Source of the DNA: Octopus vulgaris
Taxonomy: Eukaryota
Direction of reading: 5' to 3'
Length of the DNA: 64,000 bases
NCBI GenBank assembly: GCA_951406725.2
Contig: OX597815.1
Span: forward strand, 153,078,001-153,142,000
This document shows, piece after piece, positions 1-13,449 of the stretch. Each line of letters begins with the position of its first letter. Position 1 is the first letter of the stretch. The position numbers and the translations under genes are program-made. The notes beneath the pieces are model-generated. The model was not told the DNA's origin. It made no database searches and was given only the letters and a program-made list of their open reading frames with translations.

Positions 1-30
<30 letters not shown>
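1..30. repeat. (AG)n microsatellite
   Basis: Direct reading. Confidence 0.95.
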
Positions 31-34
<4 letters not shown>

Positions 35-139
35 TAATAAAAAGTGAAAAAACTACAGAAGGCTTGTTTTAAAAGGTTAAAAAATATATATTTGAGTCAA
101 TATGTCTGAAGAATATCATAAATTTTTTATTACTATGAC

Positions 140-755
140 ATAGTTTAGAAGAAATGACTGGTTTCGCGTTCAGCTTTTCAAATTTCTTACATCATTATGT
201 TTATGTTGAGAAGAGTTCTAGATAAGGGAGGTAATAAGTGATTTCTTCCGGTGTAAGGGAGATAACCGCTTAAAATTTTTTGCCTTTCCTTTGGAGTGAA
301 TTTCTCTGTATAAGTATGTTGGAATGGTTAAGTCTGGGCTTGTACTTTTCAATGAAGAATGTTTCCTTGTTTAGTCTAATTTGTGTTGGTGTTCCGATAG
401 CACATTGGTAAAATGGAAAGATTAAAAATTGTGGTAGTAGTTGCTTTGCGCATTTCTCAATGTGCTCACTAAAATTCTGTATTCTGGGAATGCAATCTGT
501 TGTCGATGCAGTGTGCATCTACGTCTGAGTGATAGTCCCGTGGATCCCACGTAGTCTTGGTGGCAGCCCGAGCATTTTATGACATAAATTATGTTTTCAG
601 AGGCACAGTAAAATTAGATTTGATCTTGAATTTCTGTCCCTCTTTGAAGAGGAATTCTGATCCTTCTAGCAGGTTTGAACATGTTGCACAGTTCGGTCTA
701 CCACATTTTTACTTTTGCATCCGTAAGTTCAGAAAACAATTTTGCCTTTGTGAGA

Positions 756-760
<5 letters not shown>
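140..760 (-). mobile_element. Penelope-like element (Neptune-type) 3' fragment: Cys-linker + GIY-YIG endonuclease, frameshifted, with 3' UTR
   Basis: Manual minus-strand translation gives KCGRPNCATCSNLLEGSEFLFKEGQKFKIKSNF, then ENIIYVIKCSGCHQDYVGSTGLSLRRRCTLHRQQI (GIY-YIG). The ORF track 270..518 gives SEHIEKC..RLNKETFFIEKYKPRLN (GIY-YIG C-terminus). Truncated at (TA)n 762-811. Confidence 0.88.
149..188 (-). ncRNA. Minimal type-I hammerhead ribozyme motif (U3:A8 variant)
   Basis: Minus strand: AAGAAAT-TTGAAAA-GC tgaac GC-GAAA-CCAG-TC-ATTTCTT. Perfect 7-bp stem I; lies about 80-120 nt downstream of the GIY-YIG ORF. Confidence 0.75.
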
Positions 761-788
<28 letters not shown>

Positions 789-904
789 GGTATATATATA
801 TATATATATATTAAACAGGAAAAGCTACGTGTGGGTATGTTTCCCGAAGACTTGAAGAAGACGGCAATATTGACATGAAGCGTAACCTCTCTTAGACTAG
901 TGAC

Positions 905-1405
905 CGCTACATAAAATTACACTTCAAGGACAGGAGATTGCTACGAAATCCCAAAATAAACAAGAGACAGCAAAACAGTTGGATGCTCCAAAATGCAATA
1001 AAATTTGTAGATTATGTCATATTTCTGTGGAAGACATCACACATGTGATTAACCGCTGTCCAAAAATGTCATCAGGGTACTGCCTCCCTATGCGATATGA
1101 CGTTGTCGCAAACAAGTACAATGCCTTTCAGAAAAAAGATTGCTGGAATAAATATAAAGAATTCCCCCTCTTATTAAATACATACACAAATATCAACTCA
1201 AGGAATACTAGTGGAACATTCTCATAAAAAACCCTGTAAAGTGTAAGCATGACAGGTCGGATATTATTGTTTGGGACAGACAGGGAAACGTATGTACCAC
1301 CATAGAGCCCAGCTGTCCCGCTAATGTGAATATCTCTTTGAAAATCAAAGAGAAAGAAGATAACTATGGACAACTGTTTCGAAACACCCAGCTTCTATAT
1401 CCAGA
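905..1405 (+). mobile_element. R4/Dong-like RLE LINE 3' fragment (CCHC knuckle + PD-(D/E)xK endonuclease), decayed
   Basis: ORF 979..1227 CRLCHISVEDITHVINRCPKMSSGYCLPMRYD; downstream KHDRSDIIVWDR and NISLKIKEKEDNYGQL. Homologous to 8205-9790 and 15705-16310. Confidence 0.8.
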
Positions 1406-1589
1406 TCGTGAGTGTGTATGTGTGTGTGTGTGTGTGTGCGTGCGTGTATGTATAAGTATATACGTATGCATATATGTATATGTCTGTAGGCTTGACCATC
1501 GACTTGAAAAAAAAATCCCCAAAAGCAGTTGTAATGTATCAAACTGCGTGATGCTGTTTGCAACCCCACTAAAATTTTCGTTAAGGTAA

Positions 1590-2010
1590 GTTACTTGAGG
1601 TTGTTGACTCTTTCATCTACCTCGGAAGCTCCAACAAAATGATGGAAATCTGGACACAGAACTACATCCACGAATTCAAAGCATTTGATGATTTGGAGTC
1701 ACGTGTTTGATGCCATCGACATATAAATAACAACACGGAATTGGCTCTTTACAAATCGTTTGCCTTACTATCCCTGGTGTGTTCTTCTGAATCATGGGCG
1801 TGTTATGACAGATATTTCAAATTGTGAGAACGATTCCACCAAAAATGCCTTCGCCGCATTTCAAACATTAAATGGGGCTTTATTTTCTCCAGACACAGAC
1901 GTCTTTGCGTCTGCAGGCATGACTTCAATTACATCAATGATTCTGAAAAAATCAAATGAGATGGTTTGGCGATATTGTTCGAATGGCGGATGAATGCTCA
2001 CCCAAACACG
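1590..2010 (+). mobile_element. RTE-clade LINE fragment (post-RT domain), decayed
   Basis: Manual translation: LEVVDSFIYLGS ... SESWACY ... RFHQKCLRRISNIKW. Confidence 0.75.
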
Positions 2011-3214
2011 ACTCGAGTTGCTCACTTCTGTGATTTTTCAGAAAAGAAGATTCCAATTTTTGTTCTCTTCATCTGATTCTTAGGCCGTGTTGGATAGCCA
2101 ATGATAGGTTGCTATACTACCACGTTATTCTTTTAAAACTAGCGCCGACAACCAGATTAACGAAATATTAAGAGTTTGCTGGATAGAAGATGGGCCACTC
2201 AGCATGACTGGTATGCTGCGCTCGTGACATCGGACTTGGACACAACACCTTTGTAATTGCTCTTAATTGCCAAAATATTACAATATTGTGTGTATAGGGA
2301 ACGTATTCCTTTTGGGTGGGAAACTAGTAGAACAGTGGTATTTGTCTGTGATGGCTTTATCATAAACAGTAATTTAGACAAACTAGACCAAGAACCAACT
2401 GCTATTATTTATCATATTCAGTGTATCTCAGAGTGGCAGGCTGATATGAATGAGCAATATCAAGGCCGACATTGGATAAGAAGTGAAGAAATGACGTGTT
2501 GTTTTAGACAAACATTACGTGAGAATGTCAAACTTAAAAAGAACTTCTTATGTTGTGCTCTGAGTAGTGCCTCATACTTATCAACAGCATTTTCAAACAG
2601 AAGAAAGGATGGAAGTGACCTGGAATCATCCTTAGTTGAAGCATTGGTATCTGAATTGAGTAGAGCTCATCTAGAACCATTGAGTTTTCAGACACTTCGA
2701 TCGAAGATTGTTTTCATGGCAGTCTTAACCCATAAGCAACAAACCAAACAAGCCTAATAAACTAACCACAAGGAAGTTGGCTCCATGTAATTACTCAGAT
2801 ATTCTCACTGCATGACTATGAATTGCTAAATTAGTCTTAAATACATGTAATATAGCGAGCATTAAAATTAAGTTAGTAATACTCATTAGCTCATATAATA
2901 TTAGTAATTGAGTTAATGAGTCTTTGTCAACGCATAAATATTTCTAATTAAATTTTTAATGTTCGCTATAATTAAATATGTTGACATTAACTTGACTATT
3001 ACTTACACGATGCTGGGCAACTAATTTCATTAAATTTTTATTGCTGCGTGTCTTCTAAAATGACTAAGAAACTTAAACTAGATTTTTCCATTGAGATGTT
3101 TAAATGATATCCAGATATACCTTTTTCTAGTGCTCCAAATTTCAAATCTGCAAAATATTATAATCAGAATAGAGTAGCTTCCACCAAATCGTTGATCCTC
3201 CATTAAGTCATCAT

Positions 3215-3216
<2 letters not shown>

Positions 3217-3278
<62 letters not shown>
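3217..3278. repeat. (CA)n microsatellite
   Basis: Direct reading. Confidence 0.95.
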
Positions 3279-3281
<3 letters not shown>

Positions 3282-4609
3282 TGATCACAGAAACGAGACT
3301 AAAGATATATTCTCTACTGACGACCACATAGGAACGCCCATTGTGGTTTTGGTGGTATTAAATCTGTTGTTAAATAATTTGTTCGTTTATTGGCCACAAG
3401 GGCTAACAAAAATCAATTAAAACATAAAGGGACAAAACACAGGACGAAAGTTACAAAGGCTTTTGTCCGTTTGAAAAAGTCCGTGTACAAAAGCAAGATA
3501 ACAACGAAATATAAGCAACAATTAAAACTCCCAATAGGGGGAGGCGTTTCGAATGATGAAGCTTGTTTTTAAATGTGAACCTGTTCCTTTCTTTGTCGGA
3601 GAAATAAAAAGAATGAAAATATATAGTGAATACCTACAGGCAGAGCATATAATTGCAAAATTCGAATCGAGAAATATCAGATAAACAGCCAAACGATCAA
3701 ACATCCGTATTTTATCTGAAAATAGGACAGGTTGATCACGGCTGGAGCGCCTTTAATGATAGCGCCGCTTGGTTTGGGCTAACATATTGCCAAATAGTAA
3801 CAACAGCACTTATGTAGATTGCGACGGACTCTCAGGTAGCTGCAGTACTGGGAAAAATAATTGACCAAGTGTTTAATACTGGTCCTAATCCGAGATCTAG
3901 TGCGGGTTTCCAGTTAGTATGATGAAAGAGGTGAATGCATCGATCGCTTCGAATGGAAGAACAACGAAGAAGATTGTTACTTCAGAGGTACAGAATATGT
4001 TGGAGCAATGGTGAAAGGGTCAATAGAAAGAAACAGTGGATGTAGCATAGTAATTAATGAATCTTTGTTAATCAACGAGACGGCATTTTTCTTTTTGTGG
4101 AGTAGAGGAAACGGGACTTAGGATGCGACGTTTCGATGCTTGAATATTCTTTTTGGAAAGCCTGTGTGTTTAGCAACAGCAGAAGCATTAGCTTAGATGT
4201 GTGAGTGGCATTCAATATGGCAACACACCACTTTTATAGAAGGCTGTTAATTCTTCAGAGTAAAAGTGTTTTGGATTTCTGGGGGGAGAAATCTAGTCTT
4301 TAGAATGTAGACACACACACACACACACATTACTATAATAATGTATACTTGTAAATTATCAACAATATTATTATACATATCAGAGAAAATAAGTGTAAAG
4401 CTGATAGCAAATATTGTATACAAGTATTAGTAACACGCTCAGAATATATATGGTGTACATTAATAGCTAAAAAATAAAATAAAAAACATTAACGGTGTTC
4501 GTTGGCCGGTATGTGGAACTAAATAAACAGCGGATGCAATAATATATCGTAATAAATATGAAAGAAATGAAAGAAATCTTCCAGTAACTCATTCATAATC
4601 ATATATATA

Positions 4610-4645
4610 ATATATATCCTTGCATAAATAACTACATACACATGA

Positions 4646-4683
<38 letters not shown>

Positions 4684-4692
4684 GCATATATG

Positions 4693-4729
<37 letters not shown>

Positions 4730-4840
4730 GTATATATATATATACGCATACATTCACTCACATATATATATATATATGCTTATATATACATACATACATA
4801 TATGTACATATATGTACCTGTGTGTATGTGTGTGTATACA
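4610..4840. repeat. Compound (TA)n/(TATG)n low-complexity tract
   Basis: Direct reading; source of several spurious YI/CM ORFs. Confidence 0.9.
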
Positions 4841-5174
4841 GAGTACATCCATAATGTATACGTGACATACACATAGATACGTAACACTTGCAAACACTCA
4901 TAATGCATAAATTGTATGTATGTTTTCCATTTTTTTCTCTCGTTCTTTACGTGTTGTACTCGTTTGTCTACGTATTTCATGTTGTTTACACAGTTGTTGA
5001 TGTTCTGTACTCATATTTTTTTTATCTAGTTTCAGCTCACGAGCTGTGGCCATGGTGGGGCACCGCCATTCTGGTGGGGCATCGCCATTCATATATATAT
5101 ATATACATACATACACACATGCATACATACATAAATATATACATATATATACAAAATTTGCTATCAGCTTTACA

Positions 5175-5233
<59 letters not shown>

Positions 5234-5238
<5 letters not shown>

Positions 5239-5880
5239 CAGTACAACTCGGCTTTGCCCTGGATTAAGTTACGATTATTCAGCTAATCAAGTTATTTGTT
5301 TCAAACCAATCTAAGTAACATCGACGTCAAATCTGGGCAAAATCCGTTGAAATTGGTTTATATATATATATATATACTAGCAGGTTTGTTTTTTAGTTGC
5401 GCTTAAAACGGCAGACTTTGATGTCGCGTTTACAAAGTTTTGACATAGTTTCAATCTATGAATAAAAGTATAGTGTGGCGATGCTCGAGTTTGCTCTGAA
5501 TGTGCATTGGATCAGCTGATCCGTCGTTCGCTCAAAACCAATGATATCACAAAAAGATTATTTTCAATACTTTACAATTGGAATTTTTGAAAAGTAAAAG
5601 TTTTGCATTATGTAGCTTGTTACTCTCATTAAGTGAAATACACCGAAAAATGGCGACACAGCAGTAAAAAATCGTAAAAAATAGGGATTTTCATAGGAAA
5701 AAAGCACCTTTTTGATGTAAATAATTTTTGGTCTTAACATGGTCCGATTTGAATTTTTTCTTATAATGAATGAAGAGCAAGCCTTCTTCTATCATACTGT
5801 CAATTTTGGTCAACTTGCGCCGCAGTCTTAATTGAAGGCTACCAAACCTGCCACACACAGACAGCTTCAGCTTTATATAT
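5234..5880 (-). mobile_element. Probable non-autonomous Helitron-like element in (TA)n
   Basis: Minus-strand 3' end reads CCAGGGCAAAGCCGAGTTGTACTGCTAATA (degenerate GC hairpin + CTRR). The other end reads ACAGACAGCTTCAGCTTTATATA on +. Both ends abut (TA)n. Confidence 0.55.
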
Positions 5881-6629
5881 ATATATATGTATGCAGATTT
5901 AGCCCACAAACAAACTGTAGAGCCAGAAATGTAGTCTATAGCATAAGATGTATAGAGGGACGATGCAGTAACAAGACAACGACATACGTAAGGGAAACTG
6001 CAAGAAGCATAAGAGAGCGGTAAATGAACATTGGAGACAACTCAAGGAAGGTAAAAGCTCATCGATTCTGTACTAACACGCCGAACAGGAACACGGGGGA
6101 TCAATCAACAACATAGAAATTAAAATATTGTCCACACATAGAACAGATGCAACAATCAGACAAATTACAGAAGCTACACACATAATAGAAAATAAACCTA
6201 GCCTGAATAGAAAACTAGAATGGAACACTAGCACACACCACAACATATGACGGTAGAGGATCCCGAAAACATAATAAATACACAGATAAATAAACAAATA
6301 GAAATAAATAACTATATATATATTTTTTAATTTATTATTATTATTACTAGTATTGTTGTTATACATACATACAAGCATATGTAATGATAATAATAAAGGG
6401 ATGTAAACACATGAGCAAAATAAGACTAAACAAAAACAACAACAACAAAAACAAATTACATCAACGTATATAACCAGAAGATACAAATATTACAGGCATC
6501 CCCCCCACACACTAAATAAACATAGACGCACATAGAGATATAAGCATGCGCAAATGAAGACATACAATAGAAATACAAAATGGCTGACGGTTAGTAAGGA
6601 GAGACACAAATAAGAAAGAAGAAAACAAA

Positions 6630-6674
6630 GGACCACTGATGCGGTCACAGGAGTGTGACGAAAGAACTCTGGCC
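6630..6674 (+). ncRNA. Degenerate minimal hammerhead motif ending an A/C-rich Penelope-pLTR-like segment (~5900-6720)
   Basis: GGACCA-CTGATGCG-GTCAC aggagt GTGAC-GAAA-GAAC-TC-TGGCC. Stem II perfect; A9 substituted. Confidence 0.55.
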
Positions 6675-7072
6675 GAAATAAGATTAAGATTAATGTAAAA
6701 AATAAATAACACTGAAGCAAAGTAACACCAAATATATAGTGCGTGTGATTTTATTGGCTAAACTGGCAAAATGACCATTCTGAAATATAACAATACCTTT
6801 TTCTTCGATGGAAAAAAACAAAACAAGGAAAGTCTTAACAAAAAACTTACTCGTCGCTAGAAGGGGTCTTAACTCGTGTTTGCAATTATGGTGATTTCTC
6901 CCACTTGAAAATTGGTAAAAGTTTTAGTTGAAAATTTATTTTTACTTCTATTCACTGGTGCCTCTGGTAAAAATAAGTTGACGAAAATACAGGTAGGATC
7001 ATAACGAATGTCCTCCTAAAATTGGAGCGACATGTGTGCTAATTTGTGGGCGTGCATAAATTACATTCACGT

Positions 7073-7103
<31 letters not shown>

Positions 7104-7331
7104 CACACACACACGCACACACACATCCTGCCTTTTATATATAAATGTTTTTGTTTTATGTTTTCGTTTCTCATTGTGTTTCACGTGTTTTTGATGTCCT
7201 GTACCCATATATGCATGTATATCAACATATGCATGTAGCTATGTACATATATGTATCTATATATGCATATATTCATATATTATTTATATTATTGTATGAT
7301 CGAACACCACGCATCCTTTACCAAGTAAGTT

Positions 7332-7416
<85 letters not shown>

Positions 7417-7443
7417 AATGATTGAAAAGGAACATACGAATTG

Positions 7444-7642
7444 ATATATATGGAAAAAAATCAAGGTAGAAAATGCTAAAATAAATTTATATAAAACATT
7501 TCAGTACCGGATTCAGTCATTGAGACTTTTTCAACTGTAATTTAATTGTTTTCCGTACTTACAGTTGAAAAAGTCTCAGTGACTAAAACCGTTTCTGAAA
7601 TGTTTTTATAAAATTATTTTAGCATTTTCTACCTTCACCTTT

Positions 7643-7653
<11 letters not shown>
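7444..7653. repeat. Hairpin element (~95-bp inverted arms, 18-nt loop) with two mirror-image hammerhead motifs, flanked by (TA)n
   Basis: 7444-7540 is the reverse complement of 7559-7653. Arm consensus CAG-TTGAAAA-AGTC tcart GACT-GAAA-CCGG-TA-CTG. Confidence 0.85.
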
Positions 7654-7699
<46 letters not shown>

Positions 7700-7710
7700 T
7701 TTATATATAT

Positions 7711-7749
<39 letters not shown>

Positions 7750-8204
7750 GGACGTTGTATTAGAACATAGAATACCACGTTATTTACCATGAGAGGGCCT
7801 CTCATATATACTCGTGGTGCATAAAAACATTCGTATTTATATCTATCTGGTATGGCTACTGGGAACGGTCAGATCACGTGATTTTAGAAATCATGCCAAA
7901 AAATAAAACCGTTTTCATCAGGTGAATACAGGTAATAATTAACAAATAAAACTCCTGAAGGACAAGTACATAGTGCCAGATGACTCTACCGACCTAAATT
8001 TGGTTAGAGAGTGAAGCATTTATGTTAGCATGAAGTAAGTAGAGAGAAAAAGAGTGAAGCGAGGAAAGAGAAGAGAGCGCATGATCTCGTTTGGCCTCGT
8101 AAAGAGCTATACATAAGATAACGTTATTTCTAAATAGTTGACAGGGTCTTTAGAAACAAACGTAATAAAAAGAAATGGCAGATGTTTCTAGTCCCCTATA
8201 TATG

Positions 8205-9790
8205 ATGAGAAATGTTACAGGTATCTAAGGGTGGATGAAAACTTATTTTACAATGGCTCCTGTAACAAAACACGTGTCACTAAAGAATATCACAGCCGGA
8301 ACTCTCTGCATTCAATAAACAATGGCCTACAATGTGCTTGCAGTGCCAGTACTCATACCAACATTTGGGTTGCTTGATTGGACGCTTGATGACATCAGAG
8401 TTATTGATGTGAAAACCTGGAAGATATAACCAGCACACATGATTCCTCATCAACAGTGACGTAGACCGTCTCTACCTAAAACGAAAACAAAATGGCAGAG
8501 GTTTAACATCGATCCAGACTGCCTTTGAATGTTGTATCATATACCTTCGGCAACATCTTTTAGCCACTAAGTTCCTCAGTGCATCCCTTGACTAAGTTTG
8601 CATACATGAGGCTGATGACATCGTAAGACTTGGAAAGAAGTCCCTTGAGCAGCATTTCTTGTCTGATAACCTTAAATACATGCCCAAAGAAGTCGTACGT
8701 CTCTACCGCAACGTATCATCAGACGAAAGGATGAACATATATCAGCAGAAGACCATGCACGGATATGTTGGTAGAAAGTTCCGGGATAATAGTAAGATTG
8801 ATCAGCAAAGTAATCTATCATGGACCAACAACTGGATTACTTATTCCCAGTTTGAAAGGTATGCGTTTGCAATTCAGAACAGGAAACATCAGCCATATAC
8901 CTGAAACACAAAAGGGACAGAGACGCAGGAAAAGCAGCAAAATGTGACAACCGATGCAGATTTTGTGGAGTAAATACTGAAGATACCCACTTTATGAGTA
9001 GTTGTCTGAAAAGGTCATTACGGTATTATCTACCGATGAGACATGCTGTAGCTAGGATGCTGTATAATGAGAACCGTCAGAAGGATAACTCCGAGGCAAA
9101 AGACATAAGACCCCACAGTATGGTAGAAGCCATTGCCATTCTTAGTAAAAAGGTGTACTGGTGGAATGTCCCAGTGAAGACCTCAATAAAAAGTAAACAT
9201 AATAGACCTGACATAGTGATTAGGGATGAGAACAAAATGTATATAGTTGTGAAAATTAACTGCCCAGAGGATGTTAAAATAAAGCTAAAGATAACTATTG
9301 AGAAATCTACAGTTACTCTACCCAGATTACAAGTTTAGGTTTATGCCTGTAATTGTAGGGGCAGAGACACTGCCTAAATAATAATCTTGAGATATCAGAC
9401 TTCTCAAAACTAGAAAGCTGATTCGGAGACTACAGATTCAAGCCATCATTGAAACTGTAAAAATCCGTAAAACTTTCCATATATGAGCATGTCTAGATAT
9501 GCAACTGTATGCATGAGTATACATGCATAAAACAAAATATACAAATCTGCACATATACATACATACATATAAATATACATACATGCATAATACACATACA
9601 TACATACATACATACATACATACATACATACATACATACATACATACATACATACAAACAAACAAAAATATCCTGCTGATGTTGTTGACATTCCAATGAA
9701 GGAGCCTTGCATCTAGGTTAGAAACCGTCTCTTTCTGTATTGGCAAGAAATCTTGAAATAAAATCGAATGACATACATGCATACTACTAC
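8205..9790 (+). mobile_element. R4/Dong-like RLE LINE 3' half, decayed, with 3' UTR containing (ATAC)n
   Basis: YRYLRVDE; DVDRLYLKRKQNGRGL; CRFCG..TED; RYYLPMRH; KHNRPDIVIRDE..VVKINCP (ORFs 8659..8904 and 8994..9338, plus manual translation). Confidence 0.85.
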
Positions 9791-10292
9791 TGGGATCCGA
9801 AAACCAGAAAGGCTATGGTTAATAAAATTACAACTACAATCCATTCTATATGTAGTAGCTATTTGAGCAACGAGATCGTGGATGATTAATGGGATTAGAT
9901 GGGGGCTCATGAAGGAATAAAGAACTCACGAAATATGGCACCTACGCCCTTTAACCATCTTTTCATCTTCGATGTCAGTGCTGGTTATAATTTCTATAGA
10001 AAATCTGCAGAGGTGACCTTAACACGTGATTTAAGTGCACTGCTATCCATTAATGAAACTGAAAATTTGTTAAATATATCAAAAGTTTAACCCGTAAAAA
10101 GTGCATTAACAGGTATAGGAAAACAAGCAGGTGTAACAAACACACACATGTGACTATATAGTTGGTGTCCTAGTTTCTAGTTTTAATGATGGAACCTGAC
10201 ATATAAACTGACATATTCTCTATTGGTAAGAAATTTGAAAATAAACCATAAACCATACGTTTATATATACAAGCATTATTAATAATTTACAT

Positions 10293-10525
<233 letters not shown>

Positions 10526-10700
10526 TTAAATTTCAATTTAATAAAGGCTGCAAAGTTGGCTTTTAATGGACTGAATAATAAATAACATGGAATGTCTTTT
10601 CCGCTCCATTAACTACGAATATAACTTGGGTGTGACCTGTACGTCGCTCGCTATGCTTGGCTGCACAAATTCTTTTGTAGATAATGATATTCGATAGGTT

Positions 10701-10701
<1 letters not shown>

Positions 10702-10749
<48 letters not shown>

Positions 10750-11760
10750 GTTTAACGTTCTTTCCATGTTAGCATGGGTTGGACGATTTTGACTGAGGGC
10801 TGGCGAACCAGATGGCTGCATTAGGCTCCAATCTTGATCTGGCAAAGTTTCTACGGCTGGATGCCCTTCCTAACGCCAAACACTCCGAGAGTGTGATGGG
10901 TGCTTTTTACGTGCCATCGGCACGGGGGCCAGTCAGGCGGTACTGGCAATGACCTCGCTCGAATCTTTTTATATGCCAGTGAAGCGACGTTGGTAACGAT
11001 CACGCTCGAATGATGCCCTTTTACGTGCCACAGGTACGGAAGCTCTGGCAACGACCACGCTCGGATGGTGCTCTTGGCACCCTACTAACACAGGCATAAT
11101 TGCCAGCAAGGCGACACTGGTAACGATCATACTCGAATAGCCGCTCTGTCAACGATCACACTCGTATGGTGCTCTTTGCACCTCGCTAGCACGGATTCCA
11201 GTCATCGAATTGATTTTGATTTCACTTGCCTCAACAGGTCTTCGCAAGCAGAGTTTAGTGACCAAAGAAGGAAAAGGTACGCATGAGCAGGCTGGTTACG
11301 CTCCTGGCATAGGCCACAGGATATGGTCTCATTTGGCTTGCCGGGTCTTCTCGAGCACAGCATATTTCCAAAAGTCTCGGTCGCTAGTCATTTCCTTGGT
11401 GAGGCCTAATGTTTGAAGGTCGTGCTTCACCACCTCATCCCAGGTCTTCCTGGGTCTACCTCTTCCACAGGTTCCCTCAACCGCTAGGGTGTAGCAATTT
11501 TTCACACAGCTATCCTCATCCATTTTCGCCACATGACCATACCAGCGCAGTCGTCTCTCTTGCACACTACATCTGATGCTTCTTAGGTCCAACTTTTCTC
11601 TCAAGGTACTTACACTCTGTCGAGTATGCACACTGACATTACACATCCATCGGATCATGCTGGCTTCATTCCTTGCGAGCTTATGCATGTCCTCAGCAGT
11701 CACAGCCCATGTTTCACTGCCGTGTAGCATGGCTGTTCGTACACATGCATCATACAGTCT
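10702..11760 (-). mobile_element. 5'-truncated RTE-clade LINE: RT C-terminus + 3' UTR + (GAT)n tail
   Basis: ORF 11329..11730 LHGSETWAV..EASMIRWMCNV..RLRWYGHV..GRGRPRKTW. UTR has ~60-bp degenerate repeats; (ATC)n at 10702-10749. Confidence 0.92.
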
Positions 11761-11914
11761 ATTGAAATAAAACTAAAGCTTCCAATATTTTCTAGTAACC
11801 ATGATTATGATAATACTGAGACATTAACCGAGTTCATTCACACATACGCGTACGGGTGCGCTATTGTTTAGGATTGAGCAATAACATATATACAAGTAAA
11901 TAAAGGGTAAAAAA

Positions 11915-12220
11915 AAACCCTTCGATCATGAAGGGCTTCACCTAAAAAGTTATCCCCTGAGGAACAAGTCCGGGCAAGGTTGTTTCTGGAAGACTAGCAA
12001 TCACTCATGCGTACCAGCCTCCCGTCTCCACGCCACCGACATTGTCCAGGGGAAAGCAAAGGCCGATGCAGCCTGACATCAGTGACGTTGCAACTCATTT
12101 CTATAGCAACGTGAAATAAAGTGTCTTGCTCAAAAACACAACACAACCCGGTCCGGGAATCGAACTCGCTACCTCATGACTGTAAGCCCGACGCTCTGAC
12201 GACTGAGCCATGAGCCTTCA
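11915..12220 (-). mobile_element. tRNA-derived SINE
   Basis: Minus strand starts tgaaggctcaTGGCTCAGTCGtcagagc..gaGTTCGATTCCcgg (A/B boxes). Body gcaacgtgaaataaagtgtcttg is shared with 43372-43670. Confidence 0.8.
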
Positions 12221-12307
12221 CATATATACAAGTATGTATGTATGTTTATATGTATGTATTCATGTAAGTACACACACACGCACACACACACACACGCACA
12301 CACACAC

Positions 12308-13036
12308 AGGCTTCAGTCATTTGACTGTGGCCATGCTGGAGCACCACCTTAAAGGGTTTTAGTCGACTTTTCTTATTCTATCGGTCTCTTTTGCCGAACC
12401 ATTGAGTTACGGGGACATAAACACACCAACATCGGTTGTCAAGCGACGATAGTGGGGACAAACACAGACACACATACATAAATATATATATCGTGGCACC
12501 CCGTCAGTTACGACAACGAGAGCTCCAGTTGATCCGATCAATGGAACAACCTGCTCGTGAAATTAACGTGCAAGTGGCTGAGTACTCCACAGATACGTGT
12601 ACACTTAACGTAGTTCTTGGGGAGATTCATCGTGACACAGGGTGTGACAAAGCTGAGCATTTGAATTACAGGAACAACAGAAACATGAAGAAAGAGTGAG
12701 AGAAAGTTGTGGTGAAAGAGTACAGCAGGGTTCGTTACTACTTGCCGGTGTCTCGTAGAGCTTTAGGTGTTTTCGCTCAATAAACACTCACAACGCCCAG
12801 TCTGGGAATCGAAACCGCGATCCTACGATCGCGAGTCCGCCGACCTAACCACTGGGCCATTGCGCTTATACACACACACACATATACGACGGGCTTATTT
12901 CAGTTTCCGTCTACTAAATCCACTCACAAGGTTTTGGTCGGCCCCTAGTAGAAGACACTTGCCATAGGTGCTACGCACTGGGACTGAACCCGGAACTATA
13001 TGGATGGGAAGCAAGCTTCTTACCACACAGCCACAT
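12308..13036 (-). mobile_element. SINE family A (tRNA head, internal microsatellite), split by a nested SINE
   Basis: 3' half 12308-12490 and 5' half 12885-13036 match the uninterrupted copies at 21093-21466 and 38245-38620. Confidence 0.85.
12493..12870 (-). mobile_element. SINE family B nested in the microsatellite of a family A copy
   Basis: tRNA head gcgcaaTGGCCCAGTGGttagg..gGTTTCGATTCCcag; same family as 24228-24412. Confidence 0.85.
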
Positions 13037-13253
13037 GAATATATTTTGTATATCAAACCAAAGCTGTTACTTTTAATTTGTTTTTCCGCATAATTGCCTC
13101 CATTGAGCATCTGCTCAACTTGATGACACTTGTAGCCACTCTTTACCCCGCGGAATCGCTCCCTCGTAAAGACATCGGAGTCTAAGTTCAAATTGTTTGA
13201 GCGCTACTAAATGTCTTCTATAACAAGAATCTCTGGATCTCATCTGTTGACTA

Positions 13254-13291
<38 letters not shown>

Positions 13292-13449
13292 ATCGTTATT
13301 TAAAATACCGATCATATCAGGTGGCTAACATGGGAATAAAAACCTCATAGGTAATAAGTGGTTTTAGAGTCAAGTTTTAGCTGCTATATCTAGCATGGGA
13401 GTATCTTTTACATACCATTAATTATAATTATATATATATATATATCCGT

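Noticed and set aside
2257-2757. 166-aa ORF as a host gene
   Set aside because: Non-ATG start, no recognisable domain and no supported splice structure.
4120-4160. GAAACGTC on the minus strand as a hammerhead
   Set aside because: The upstream core and stem I are not recoverable.
9675-9770. Hammerhead in the R4-like 3' UTR (atgaagg..agaaaccgtc)
   Set aside because: No CUGANGA or U3:A8 core and no stem I pairing.
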